64,000 bases of DNA, from assembly GCA_947631915.1 (NCBI GenBank), contig CANRNC010000004.1, positions 4,932 through 68,931 on the forward strand, written 5' to 3'. A program made the translations under genes and the position numbers. The DNA comes from an uncultured Clostridia bacterium (lineage in GTDB: Bacteria > Bacillota > Clostridia > TANB77 > CAG-508). Numbering within the stretch: the stretch's first letter is position 1; each line of letters starts with the position of its first letter. Below the pieces are notes generated by a model. It saw only the letters and a list, made by a program, of their open reading frames with translations, was not told the DNA's origin and did not search any database. This document shows positions 19,963 through 29,716 of the stretch, piece after piece.

Positions 19963-20244
19963 ATGACAAGTAAAAAAAACGTATGGGACGAGGTGCGGAA
20001 ACAATTAGAAGAAAACTTCAAAGACGATCTGCCAGCGAGAACGGAAGTCAAACTTCAAATGTTAAAAAGTTTTAAATTTTCAGATGATTCAGATGATTCT
20101 GAATTTGAACTTTTTCTTCCAAAGTATCGCGACATAGTTTTAGGAGTTGGAATTCACATTACAGGCAAAAATGAAGGAATTAGCTATTTTCCGACAGAAG
20201 CTATGGTAGAATTAAAAAAAGTTCTAGGCAGTATTCCTTTATAA
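19963..20244 (+). CDS. hypothetical 93-aa acidic protein
   Basis: AGGAGG RBS, own promoter and a strong terminator. Composition is locally less AT-rich and uses rare codons (CGG, GCG, CTG, CGC). Confidence 0.6.
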   Translation: MTSKKNVWDEVRKQLEENFKDDLPARTEVKLQMLKSFKFSDDSDDSEFELFLPKYRDIVLGVGIHITGKNEGISYFPTEAMVELKKVLGSIPL

Positions 20245-20253
20245 GAATTTAAT

Positions 20254-20282
20254 AAAAAATCCCCCGTTGGGGGATTTTTTAT
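20254..20282 (+). terminator. strong rho-independent terminator
   Basis: AAAAAATCCCCC-GTTG-GGGGGATTTTTT. Confidence 0.9.
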
Positions 20283-20458
20283 ATTTTAATAGAATACTCA
20301 ATACTAAATATTTCATCGAAAAAATGCGAAGAGGTAGAGTTTTTATTATTTTAATGCATAGAATATTTTGCTATGTTTTTTATATTAATAAACATTGAAA
20401 AATATATAGTTTTATGATACAATAAATCATTAAATAAAATATAGAAGGGAACTTAAAT

Positions 20459-21064
20459 ATGAAAATTATATTTGGAACAACAAATCAAGGAAAAATAGAC
20501 CAAGTTAAAGGATTTCTAGAATATAAAAAAATAAATAATATAGAATTTATATCATTAAAGGATATTGGTTTTAATGATGAAATTATAGAAGATGGGGATA
20601 CAATAGAAGAAAATTCTATAATTAAAGCAAAAGTTATAAAAGAATTTTGCAATAAAAATAATATAAACGAAATTATTGTTACAGATGATGCAGGACTTTT
20701 TGTTGATGCATTAGATGGACGACCAGGAGTCCATACTGCAAGATATGCAGGAGATCATGCACCACAAATAGAATGTATAAACAAATTACTATCAGAATTA
20801 AAAGATGTGCCAGATGAAAAGAGAGGGGCTACTTTTGCATGTGTACTTACAGCTATAATGCCCGACGGAAAAATTATTTCATGTAGAGGAGAGACAAGAG
20901 GAAAAATTGTAAGAATACCAGGTACCATGGGAAAATTAACTTATGGACCTGTATTACAGCCAGATGGATTAGATAGAGTTATTAATGATTTAACAGAGGA
21001 TGAATTAGGTTTAACACATAGAGACAAAGCATGGATGGAGTTAATCTCAAAAATTGGATTATAA
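20459..21064 (+). CDS. non-canonical purine NTP pyrophosphatase (RdgB/HAM1 family)
   Basis: Motifs TTNQGK, DDAGLFVDALDGRPGVHTARYAG and HRDKA. Confidence 0.85.
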   Translation: MKIIFGTTNQGKIDQVKGFLEYKKINNIEFISLKDIGFNDEIIEDGDTIEENSIIKAKVIKEFCNKNNINEIIVTDDAGLFVDALDGRPGVHTARYAGDHAPQIECINKLLSELKDVPDEKRGATFACVLTAIMPDGKIISCRGETRGKIVRIPGTMGKLTYGPVLQPDGLDRVINDLTEDELGLTHRDKAWMELISKIGL

Positions 21065-21122
21065 AAGTATAAATAAATTAAAACTATATTTAAGGAATAT
21101 AATGTGAGAAGGGAATGTATAG

Positions 21123-24100
21123 ATGTTAATAAGTGAAGAAAATCTGCAACATTTTTTAAAAATTGCAGGAAAAGAAAATGTTAACGAAGCAACTGATATA
21201 TTAAAAAAAGGTATTGTAGTAATAGAAAAATTTCAATTGGGATGGAATTATGAGTACATATATGTTTATGCTAAAGTTACAGAAGGAAGATTTTCAAGAC
21301 AAGTAAATGTTAATTTTAGTATTGATATATCAAATGCAAATATAGATACATACCATTGTCAATGCAATTATTATTCTTCACGAATATGTCCTCATACTAT
21401 AGCGTGTATTTTAAAGTTTTGCAGAGATGAGAGATATGAAAAGCAAGCTGTAGATGCGATTGAAAAGAAAAAAAGAGAGGATGAACAAGAAAAATTTAAA
21501 AATTTTATAAATGATTTTCAAGATGACCAAGAAAATACTATTATTGATAATAATGAAGTAGATTATATACCAAATGGAACTATAAAAATTATACCAGAAT
21601 TGAGATATGATGGATATCCTTTAGGACTTGTATTAGACTTTAAAGTGGGTGAGAAGCAATTATATAAAATAAAAGATTTAACGAAATTTTATGATGCTTA
21701 TATAAATAGGGAAAATATATATTATGGTAGTAAATTGAGCTTTGTTCATTGTGAAGAGGCATTTTCTACCAAGGCTAAATCATTCTTAAACTTTATATTA
21801 AAATATGCAGAGACTATACAGTATGCAAATAACATATTGAAAGGTAGTAGATATTATTATACAAAAGGTCAAATTTCTAAAAGCGGAATCGAACTGGTAG
21901 GAAGTGCTGCAGATGATTTCTTTAGTATTTTTAATGATGAGGAAAGATATGCAATAGAATATAACAAAGAAAATATAAGTTTTAAATTAACCAATAAACG
22001 ACCTGATTTAAGATTTAAAATAGAGAAACATGCTGAAGATGAATATGGATTATCAGCTAATTTTTCAAAGTTACTAATAATAAAAGGGATAAAGTATGTA
22101 TATATACTGAAAGATGATTTAATATATAAATTAGACAGATACAAAAATTCCAACTTAATAAAAATAATAGAATTATACAATAAATCCGATACTGTAGAAT
22201 ATAAATTTAATAAAAAATACTTATTAGAATTTATAAATAAAGTGTTACCAAAAGTTAAAGATATTGTAAATATGGATGATATTCCAGCTGAAGAAAAAGA
22301 ATTATATGTCCCTAAAAAATTGGCTGTTAAAATATTATTAGATGTTGATTCGGAGGATAATATAGTATTAAGTCCAAAGTTCTGTTATGGAGCAATAGAA
22401 TTCAATCCATTAGATAGTGAGAATATACCGCAGATACCTAGAGATTTTTATAGTGAATATGAAGTACTTAAAAGAATTAAACAAGATGGATTTTATGACT
22501 TCGAGGAAGATAAAGCATTTATAATGCGTGAAGATGAAAGAATATATAATTTTTTAGTTAATTCTTTAAGCGAATATATGGAGAAATTCGAAGTGCTTGT
22601 TACAGATTCTTTTAAGAAAAATGAGATAAGGCAACCAAAAATAGTATCCATAGGGGTTAAGATAAAAAATGATTTACTAAATATTGACCTATCAAGTATG
22701 GAGTTTGATAAACAAGAATTAAAAGAAATTTTAAATAGATATAAGATGAGAAAGAAATACTATAGATTAAAAAATGGAAATTTTTTAAGTCTAGAAAATA
22801 ATAAAGAAATAGAATTCTTAAATAACTTAACAGAAGGAATGGATATCGATTTAAAAGCAATAACAGATGGAACTATTAAGTTACCAATAAATAGAAGTTT
22901 GTATCTAAATAGACTTTTAACTAAATTGAATGATGTACAGATAGTAGAAGATGATACTTTTAGAAGAATTATTAATGAAAGTATCAGACCAGAGAATATT
23001 AAAATACCACAAGAACAAGAGAAGGTATTAAGAGGATATCAACAAATTGGATACAAATGGTTGAAAGTACTAGATAAATATAAATTTGGTGGAATTCTAG
23101 CAGATGATATGGGATTAGGAAAAACTTTGCAAATAATTACAATATTACAGGATGAAAAAAACAATGCTAAAATACATAAGCCTTCAATAGTAGTTTGTCC
23201 AAGTTCTTTAAGCCTAAACTGGAAAAACGAAGTTGATAAATTTGGAAAAGGAATAAGAGCTTTAGTTATAACTGGAAGTCTAACAGAGAGAATAAATAAA
23301 ATCAAAGATGCAAACAAGTATGACTTATTAATAACTTCTTACGATTTGTTAAAAAGAGATTTAGATATATATTTAGAAAATAATATTAAGTTTAGATATC
23401 AAATAGCTGACGAAGCACAATATATAAAGAACAGTAATACACAGAATGCTAGAACTTTAAAAGAATTATCAGCAGAGACAAGATTTGCCTTAACGGGAAC
23501 ACCTATCGAAAATTCATTAGCTGAACTTTGGTCAATTTTTGATTATGTAATGCCAGGATATTTATTTAGTTATAATAAGTTTAAAAGAGATTACGAATCA
23601 AAAATTGTGAAAGATCTAGATGAGAAACAAATGGATAGACTAAAAACGATGATAGAGCCGTTTATCTTAAGAAGAACAAAGAAGCAGGTATTGACAGAAC
23701 TTCCTGAAAAAACAGTAAGTATAATAAAAAATGAAATGAGTGAAGAACAACAAAAAGTATATTTAACATATCTAGCACAAACAAAGAAAGAAGTGGCAAA
23801 AGTAGTGGGTCTGAATGGCATAAAAAAATCTCAAATACAAATTTTAGCGTTACTTACAAGATTAAGACAAATTTGCTGTCATCCAAGTTTGTTTTTAGAA
23901 AATTATGAAGGTGAAAGTAGTAAATTAAATCAATGTATAGAATTAATAAAAGAAGCCATTTCTGGAGGACATAAAATCTTATTATTTTCTTCATATACTG
24001 AAATGTTTAAGATAATAGAAAAAGAGTTGGAGAAAGAGAATATACAGTATTTTAAACTAACAGGTCAAACAAAAACAGATGAAAGAGTAGAAATGGTGGA

Positions 24101-24428
24101 TGAGTTTAATAAAAATAGAGATATAAAAGTATTTTTAATATCATTGAAAGCAGGTGGCACAGGACTTAATTTAATAGGTGCAGATATAGTAATTCATTAT
24201 GATCCATGGTGGAATTTATCTGCAGAAAATCAGGCAACAGACAGAGCTTATAGAATTGGTCAAAAAAATAATGTTCAAGTCTATAAATTGATAACAAAAA
24301 ATTCAATTGAGGAAAAAATAAACAATTTACAGTTAAAAAAAGCTAATTTAATAGATGATGTATTAGATACAAAGACTACATTTATAAGCAAATTAACAGA
24401 AGAAGAGATAATGGATTTGTTTAAATAA
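21123..24428 (+). CDS. SNF2-family helicase/ATPase with N-terminal SWIM zinc finger
   Basis: SWIM motif CQCNYYSSRICPHTIAC. SNF2 motifs LADDMGLGKT, IADEAQYIKN, LTGTPIEN and QATDRAYRIGQ. Confidence 0.9.
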   Translation: MLISEENLQHFLKIAGKENVNEATDILKKGIVVIEKFQLGWNYEYIYVYAKVTEGRFSRQVNVNFSIDISNANIDTYHCQCNYYSSRICPHTIACILKFCRDERYEKQAVDAIEKKKREDEQEKFKNFINDFQDDQENTIIDNNEVDYIPNGTIKIIPELRYDGYPLGLVLDFKVGEKQLYKIKDLTKFYDAYINRENIYYGSKLSFVHCEEAFSTKAKSFLNFILKYAETIQYANNILKGSRYYYTKGQISKSGIELVGSAADDFFSIFNDEERYAIEYNKENISFKLTNKRPDLRFKIEKHAEDEYGLSANFSKLLIIKGIKYVYILKDDLIYKLDRYKNSNLIKIIELYNKSDTVEYKFNKKYLLEFINKVLPKVKDIVNMDDIPAEEKELYVPKKLAVKILLDVDSEDNIVLSPKFCYGAIEFNPLDSENIPQIPRDFYSEYEVLKRIKQDGFYDFEEDKAFIMREDERIYNFLVNSLSEYMEKFEVLVTDSFKKNEIRQPKIVSIGVKIKNDLLNIDLSSMEFDKQELKEILNRYKMRKKYYRLKNGNFLSLENNKEIEFLNNLTEGMDIDLKAITDGTIKLPINRSLYLNRLLTKLNDVQIVEDDTFRRIINESIRPENIKIPQEQEKVLRGYQQIGYKWLKVLDKYKFGGILADDMGLGKTLQIITILQDEKNNAKIHKPSIVVCPSSLSLNWKNEVDKFGKGIRALVITGSLTERINKIKDANKYDLLITSYDLLKRDLDIYLENNIKFRYQIADEAQYIKNSNTQNARTLKELSAETRFALTGTPIENSLAELWSIFDYVMPGYLFSYNKFKRDYESKIVKDLDEKQMDRLKTMIEPFILRRTKKQVLTELPEKTVSIIKNEMSEEQQKVYLTYLAQTKKEVAKVVGLNGIKKSQIQILALLTRLRQICCHPSLFLENYEGESSKLNQCIELIKEAISGGHKILLFSSYTEMFKIIEKELEKENIQYFKLTGQTKTDERVEMVDEFNKNRDIKVFLISLKAGGTGLNLIGADIVIHYDPWWNLSAENQATDRAYRIGQKNNVQVYKLITKNSIEEKINNLQLKKANLIDDVLDTKTTFISKLTEEEIMDLFK

Positions 24429-24560
24429 AAAACATAAGAAAAATGATAGAAAATTTTTGTAAAATGCTTTATCTTTTGAGTTTTTTGTAATATAATATAA
24501 AATATTTATACCTTATTATATAGCTACTAATTTATTAACTTGGAAAGGAAGAAATAAATT

Positions 24561-27179
24561 ATGAGTACTAAAAAAGTAAGAAAAAAAGAAAAGAAGGAAA
24601 AAGGGAAAAAAAGTAATACAAAATTCAAGAAAGTATTATTAAAAATACTATTGGTACTATTAATAGCTGGAGTAATTGGGGCAGGTGTATTATTTGGAAT
24701 AATCTTTGGACTAATAAAAGGAGAATGGTCTTTATCTGAAGAAGATTTAGAGATTGAATTTGCCAATTCCACTATTGTAGACATGGATGGTAATGTTATT
24801 GGTACATTAAATGGAGATGAAAATAGAATTATTATTAGTAAAGATGAAATGTCACCTTATATAGAACAGGCTTTTATATCAATAGAAGATGAGAGATTTG
24901 AAACACATAAGGGAGTGGATTTAAAAAGAACTTTAGGTGCAACTTTTAATTTCATTACACATAGTGGTAGTTCATCATATGGTGGAAGTACTATAACTCA
25001 ACAATGTGTTAAGAACTTAACTGGAGAAAAAGATAGTTCGGGATTAGGTGGTATTTTAAGAAAAGTTAAAGAAATGTCTAGGGCATACCAATTAGAGAAA
25101 ATTTGGTCAAAAGATCAAATTATAGAGTTGTATTTAAACTTAATTCCTTTAGGTGGAGATGTATATGGCGTAGAAATGGCAGCTAGAAAGTATTTCAATA
25201 AATCAGCAAAAGATCTTTCAATAGTAGAATCTGCATATTTAGCTGGAATCACTAATGCACCTAGTACATATAATCCTTTTGGAGATAATGCATATGAAAC
25301 AGATGAATCAAAGAAGGCAAGAATTAATAAAAGAGTAACAGATGTATGTTATAAAATGAATCAATTAGGTCGTTTAAGCGATGAAGATTATAAAAATGCT
25401 TTAAGTGAAATTGAAAAAGGAATAAAATTTGAGCAAGGAACTACATCAAGTAATTCAAATCATTCATATCATACTGAAGCAGCAATAACACAAATTATAA
25501 ATGATTTAATGGAAAAAAATAATTGGTCAGAAGAAGAAGCAAAACTTCATTTATATGGTGGAGCATATACGATTTATACAACTCAAGATACAGATCTACA
25601 AAAGAAAGTAGAAGAGGCTTATCAAAATAAAGATTGGATTTCAACAAAAACAGTTACTAAAAAAGATGAAGAAGGAAAAACAATAAAGGAAAAAGAACAA
25701 ATTCAATCTGCAATGGTAATAATGGATCATTCTACAGGATATGTAATTGCAGGTGCAGGTGCATTAGGAGAGAAAACAGCTTGGGGAACTAATAGAATGA
25801 TTAAAAATGGTTCACAACCGGGTTCATCAATAAAACCATTAGCAGTTATTGCACCATCTCTACAGGAAGGATTAATTACAGCTGCATCAGTTGAAGAAGA
25901 TAGTCCTGTAACTTATGGTGAATGGTCACCAAAAAATGATAAGCAAGATGGATATTATGGTCTAATGAATATAAGATGGATTTTAAGAGTGTCTAGAAAT
26001 ATTCCAGAAGTTAAATTGATGGCTAAACTAACACCGGAGAAGTCATCAGAGTATTTAAAGTCTATGGGTATATCAACACTTGCAGGAAATGAGGGATTGT
26101 CTCTAGCATTAGGAGGACTAACTAATGGAGTTAGCCCACTTGAAATGGCAGGAGCTTATGCAACAATAGCAAATTATGGAGTTTATATAGAACCAACATA
26201 TTATACAAAAGTTGAATCATCAACAGGGAGAGTATTAATAGAAAAAGAACAAGAAACACATAGAGTTTTGTCTGAACAAAATGCTTGGATACTTCAGTCA
26301 TTACTTACAGAGCCAACAGGAACTGGATTGACAGGTACCAGTGGAGCAACTGCCACAAGAGCTGCTCTAAAAGGATATCAAACTTGTGGAAAGACTGGAA
26401 CAGCAAATGATCAAACATATACATGGTTCTGTGGATTTACTCCTTATTATACAGCAACAATGTATTTTGGGTATGATAGTTATGAAAAAAATGAGCTTGG
26501 AAGAGTTGTAGCACCTGGAAGTGGTACGGTTGCTGCAAGATGGGCATCAATTATGAAGATAGCTCACCAAGGATTAGAAGAAACTAAATTTGATATGCCA
26601 TCAGGAATAACAACAGCAAGAGTTTGTAGAAAATCAGGTTTACTTGCTACGGATCTATGTGATAGTCTAGGAACATCGTATACAGAGTATTTTGCAGCAG
26701 GAACAACACCTAAATCATATTGCTCATCACATAATGAAATAGCAATATGTAGTGAAACAGGTTTATTAGCTCATGATGGTTGTCCATATACTGTAATGAA
26801 ATTATTTGTAGAAAAACAAAATGAAGATGGTACAAAGGTTTTACATAGTGTAGATGATGAAACATTTATAATGCCTACAGAAACATGTACACATACAGCT
26901 GAAACACAAGTAACACCAGAAGAAGAAAAACCAAAGAACCCTTCAGAAGGAGAAAATCCGGAAGATCCTTCAGAAGAAGGTAATACAACAAAACCATCAG
27001 AGGGAGAAAATACAACAAAACCTTCAGAAAACGAAAATACAACAAAGCCATCAGAGGGAGAAAACACAACAAAACCTTCAGAAAATGAAAATACAACAAA
27101 ACCTTCAGGTGGAAATACTACAGGAGGAAATAATACTGCTGGAGAGAATACTACATCGGGAAATAATACATCTAATTAA
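24561..27179 (+). CDS. class A penicillin-binding protein (glycosyltransferase GT51 + transpeptidase) with a repetitive C-terminal tail
   Basis: GT51 motifs EDERFETHKG and GGSTITQQ. Transpeptidase motifs SSIKP, SRN and KTGT. There is an N-terminal Lys-rich region plus TM, and a C-terminal NTTKPSE(G/N)E repeat. Confidence 0.92.
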   Translation: MSTKKVRKKEKKEKGKKSNTKFKKVLLKILLVLLIAGVIGAGVLFGIIFGLIKGEWSLSEEDLEIEFANSTIVDMDGNVIGTLNGDENRIIISKDEMSPYIEQAFISIEDERFETHKGVDLKRTLGATFNFITHSGSSSYGGSTITQQCVKNLTGEKDSSGLGGILRKVKEMSRAYQLEKIWSKDQIIELYLNLIPLGGDVYGVEMAARKYFNKSAKDLSIVESAYLAGITNAPSTYNPFGDNAYETDESKKARINKRVTDVCYKMNQLGRLSDEDYKNALSEIEKGIKFEQGTTSSNSNHSYHTEAAITQIINDLMEKNNWSEEEAKLHLYGGAYTIYTTQDTDLQKKVEEAYQNKDWISTKTVTKKDEEGKTIKEKEQIQSAMVIMDHSTGYVIAGAGALGEKTAWGTNRMIKNGSQPGSSIKPLAVIAPSLQEGLITAASVEEDSPVTYGEWSPKNDKQDGYYGLMNIRWILRVSRNIPEVKLMAKLTPEKSSEYLKSMGISTLAGNEGLSLALGGLTNGVSPLEMAGAYATIANYGVYIEPTYYTKVESSTGRVLIEKEQETHRVLSEQNAWILQSLLTEPTGTGLTGTSGATATRAALKGYQTCGKTGTANDQTYTWFCGFTPYYTATMYFGYDSYEKNELGRVVAPGSGTVAARWASIMKIAHQGLEETKFDMPSGITTARVCRKSGLLATDLCDSLGTSYTEYFAAGTTPKSYCSSHNEIAICSETGLLAHDGCPYTVMKLFVEKQNEDGTKVLHSVDDETFIMPTETCTHTAETQVTPEEEKPKNPSEGENPEDPSEEGNTTKPSEGENTTKPSENENTTKPSEGENTTKPSENENTTKPSGGNTTGGNNTAGENTTSGNNTSN
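26982..27112 (+). repeat. in-frame 27-nt tandem repeat (about 4.5 copies) encoding NTTKPSE(G/N)E at the PBP C-terminus
   Basis: The unit AATACAACAAAACC(A/T)TCAGA(G/A)(G/A)(G/A)(A/C)GAA recurs at 26982, 27009, 27036, 27063 and 27090. Confidence 0.85.
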
Positions 27180-27196
27180 AAGTATACTGTATTAAA

Positions 27197-27230
27197 ATAT
27201 ATGGGATATTTTACTATCCCATATATTTTG
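27197..27230 (+). terminator. rho-independent terminator after the PBP gene
   Basis: ATATATGGGATA-TTTTAC-TATCCCATATAT followed by TTT. Confidence 0.75.
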
Positions 27231-27257
27231 GATAAATAATGAAGAAAGGAAATAATT

Positions 27258-28643
27258 ATGGGATTAAAGATATATAATACTTTAACTAGGAAAAAAGAAG
27301 AGTTTAAGCCATTAGTAGGAAATGAAGTGAGAATGTATTCTTGCGGTCCAACAGTTTACAATTACGCACATATAGGGAATTTTAGAACATATATTTTTAT
27401 GGATACATTAAGGAGAGTTTTAAAATATAATGGATATAAATTAAAACATGCAATGAATATTACAGATGTTGGACATCTTGAATCTGATGCAGATGAGGGC
27501 GAAGACAAGATGCTAAAGGCGGCTAAAAGGGAGAATAAAGACCCTTATGAAATTGCAGAATTTTATACAAATGCGTTTTTTAAAGATTTTGATATGTTAA
27601 ATATAGATAGACCAGAGATAATTTGTAAAGCTACAGATCATATTCAAGAAATGCTACAATTTGTTAAAGAAATTATGGCAAATGGATATGCTTATGAGAC
27701 TAGTAGAGGTATTTATTTTGATATATCAAAATTAGATAAATATCCTATATTATCAACAAGAAAAGTTGATGAACAAATTGCTGGTGCAAGAGTTGCTGTT
27801 GATGAGGAAAAAAGAAATCCAGAAGACTTTGCAATTTGGATAAAAGCACCTGAAAATCATATAATGAAGTGGGAAAGTCCTTGGGGATTATCATACCCAG
27901 GATGGCATATAGAATGTTCAGCAATGAGTAGAAAATATTTAGGAGAAGAATTTGATATTCATACAGGAGGTATTGATCATATTCCTACACATCATGAAAA
28001 TGAAATTGCACAATCAAAAGGAGCAACTGGACATATACCTGCTAGATACTGGATGCATTGTAACTATCTACAAGTAGATGGGGGAAAAATGTCAAAGAGT
28101 TTAGGAAATGTATATACAGTATCAACTTTAATAGATAAAGGAATAAATCCATTAGCTTTTAAATTATTTTGCTTTTCATCACATTATAGAAATAATATTA
28201 ATTTTACTTTTGAAGGAATAGAAGCAACAAATAAAGCATATGCAAGATTAAAAGAAGGATATAATAAACATAATGAAGGAACAGCAGATGTAAGTGATTC
28301 TATAGTAAATGATTTCAAGGCTAAATTTGAGGAAGCTATAAATGATGATTTAAATATGCCAATGGCAATGGGAATTGTTTGGGATGTGATAAAATATCCT
28401 TCTAAATCAAAAAAACTTTCAGAATTATTAGAAAAATTTGATGAAGTTTTAGGTTTAAAAATTAATGAAATTGATAAAAATACTAGTGATTTACCACAAG
28501 AAATAAAAGAATTGATTGAGCAAAGAAAACAAGCAAGAGAAAATAAAGATTGGGAGCAATCAGATATTTTAAGGGATAAAATTAATCAATTAGGATATTT
28601 AGTTAAAGACACTAAAGAAGGAATGGCAGTAGAGAAGGCATAG
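27258..28643 (+). CDS. cysS: cysteine--tRNA ligase
   Basis: HIGH-type AHIGNFRT, KMSKS, and the zinc-site context CGPTVY. Confidence 0.95.
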   Translation: MGLKIYNTLTRKKEEFKPLVGNEVRMYSCGPTVYNYAHIGNFRTYIFMDTLRRVLKYNGYKLKHAMNITDVGHLESDADEGEDKMLKAAKRENKDPYEIAEFYTNAFFKDFDMLNIDRPEIICKATDHIQEMLQFVKEIMANGYAYETSRGIYFDISKLDKYPILSTRKVDEQIAGARVAVDEEKRNPEDFAIWIKAPENHIMKWESPWGLSYPGWHIECSAMSRKYLGEEFDIHTGGIDHIPTHHENEIAQSKGATGHIPARYWMHCNYLQVDGGKMSKSLGNVYTVSTLIDKGINPLAFKLFCFSSHYRNNINFTFEGIEATNKAYARLKEGYNKHNEGTADVSDSIVNDFKAKFEEAINDDLNMPMAMGIVWDVIKYPSKSKKLSELLEKFDEVLGLKINEIDKNTSDLPQEIKELIEQRKQARENKDWEQSDILRDKINQLGYLVKDTKEGMAVEKA

Positions 28644-28673
28644 TAAGATCTTTGGAAGGATTGATGGAAAGCA

Positions 28674-29678
28674 ATGGAGGAAAAAAGTAATAAAAAGATG
28701 AACTTTTTTGTTAGAGCATATAAATCAATAACTAGTTTTGATACTTATACGCAATTTGCGATGGAACCTTTATATAAAGCAATTAGATATTTAGCTATAT
28801 TAATATTAATTTTTGCAATAATAATTACAGGCTTTTACATCGGTTCATTTAGTTCAAAAGTTTCAAAGGGAATTGCATATTTAGAAAAAAATATAGAAAA
28901 TATAAGTTTTACTAATAGCATATTTAGTTATAATAATGATGAGTATTCAATTTATAATGAAGAAGAAAATATTGCTCCAATTATTATAGTAGATACTAGT
29001 GAGGAACCAAATATAGAGGAACATAAAGATAAAGTTAAATTGTATAATTATGGATTTATATTATTAAGAGATAGTATAATGATATTTATACCAGCAGAGG
29101 GAGAAGATGAACAGTTTACTACTATTTCATATTCTGATTATGGAATTGGAAATATGAGCAAGGAAGAAATCTTAAATAGTTTAAATAATCCAACCATATA
29201 TATAATATTATCCGTTTCAATATTTATTTTACAATTTACAGAGTACTTCATTTATATATTATTAAATGCTGTAACTTTAGCTATAATAGGACAAATACTA
29301 GCAATAATATTACGATTGAGAGTAAAATTTAGTGAAACTTATAAAATGGGAATATATGCTTTAACTTTACCTACATTATTACAATTAATTTATATTATAA
29401 TTAATTCTACTACAGGTTTTGTAATACAATATTTCTCATGGATGTACACAACAATATCATATATATATATGTGTGTTGCAATACTTATAATAAAAACGGA
29501 TTTTATGAATATGCAAAGAGAATTAATGAGAATTACAATGGAAGAACAAGAAAACCATGAAGAAGAACCTTTAGAAGAAAATAAAAATACGGAAGATGAA
29601 GATAAAGGAGAGACAGAAGACAAAAAGGATGAGAAATCTAGCGAAGATGATGACCTAAAAGAACAAACAGATAGCTAA
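28674..29678 (+). CDS. polytopic membrane protein (possibly DUF1189-like) with a strongly acidic C-terminal tail
   Basis: It has several TM helices. The tail reads EEQENHEEEPLEENKNTEDEDKGETEDKKDEKSSEDDD. The family call rests only on overall architecture. Confidence 0.55.
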   Translation: MEEKSNKKMNFFVRAYKSITSFDTYTQFAMEPLYKAIRYLAILILIFAIIITGFYIGSFSSKVSKGIAYLEKNIENISFTNSIFSYNNDEYSIYNEEENIAPIIIVDTSEEPNIEEHKDKVKLYNYGFILLRDSIMIFIPAEGEDEQFTTISYSDYGIGNMSKEEILNSLNNPTIYIILSVSIFILQFTEYFIYILLNAVTLAIIGQILAIILRLRVKFSETYKMGIYALTLPTLLQLIYIIINSTTGFVIQYFSWMYTTISYIYMCVAILIIKTDFMNMQRELMRITMEEQENHEEEPLEENKNTEDEDKGETEDKKDEKSSEDDDLKEQTDS

Positions 29679-29716
29679 CTAGAAGTTAATATAAATAATA
29701 TGGAAGGAATTTTATA

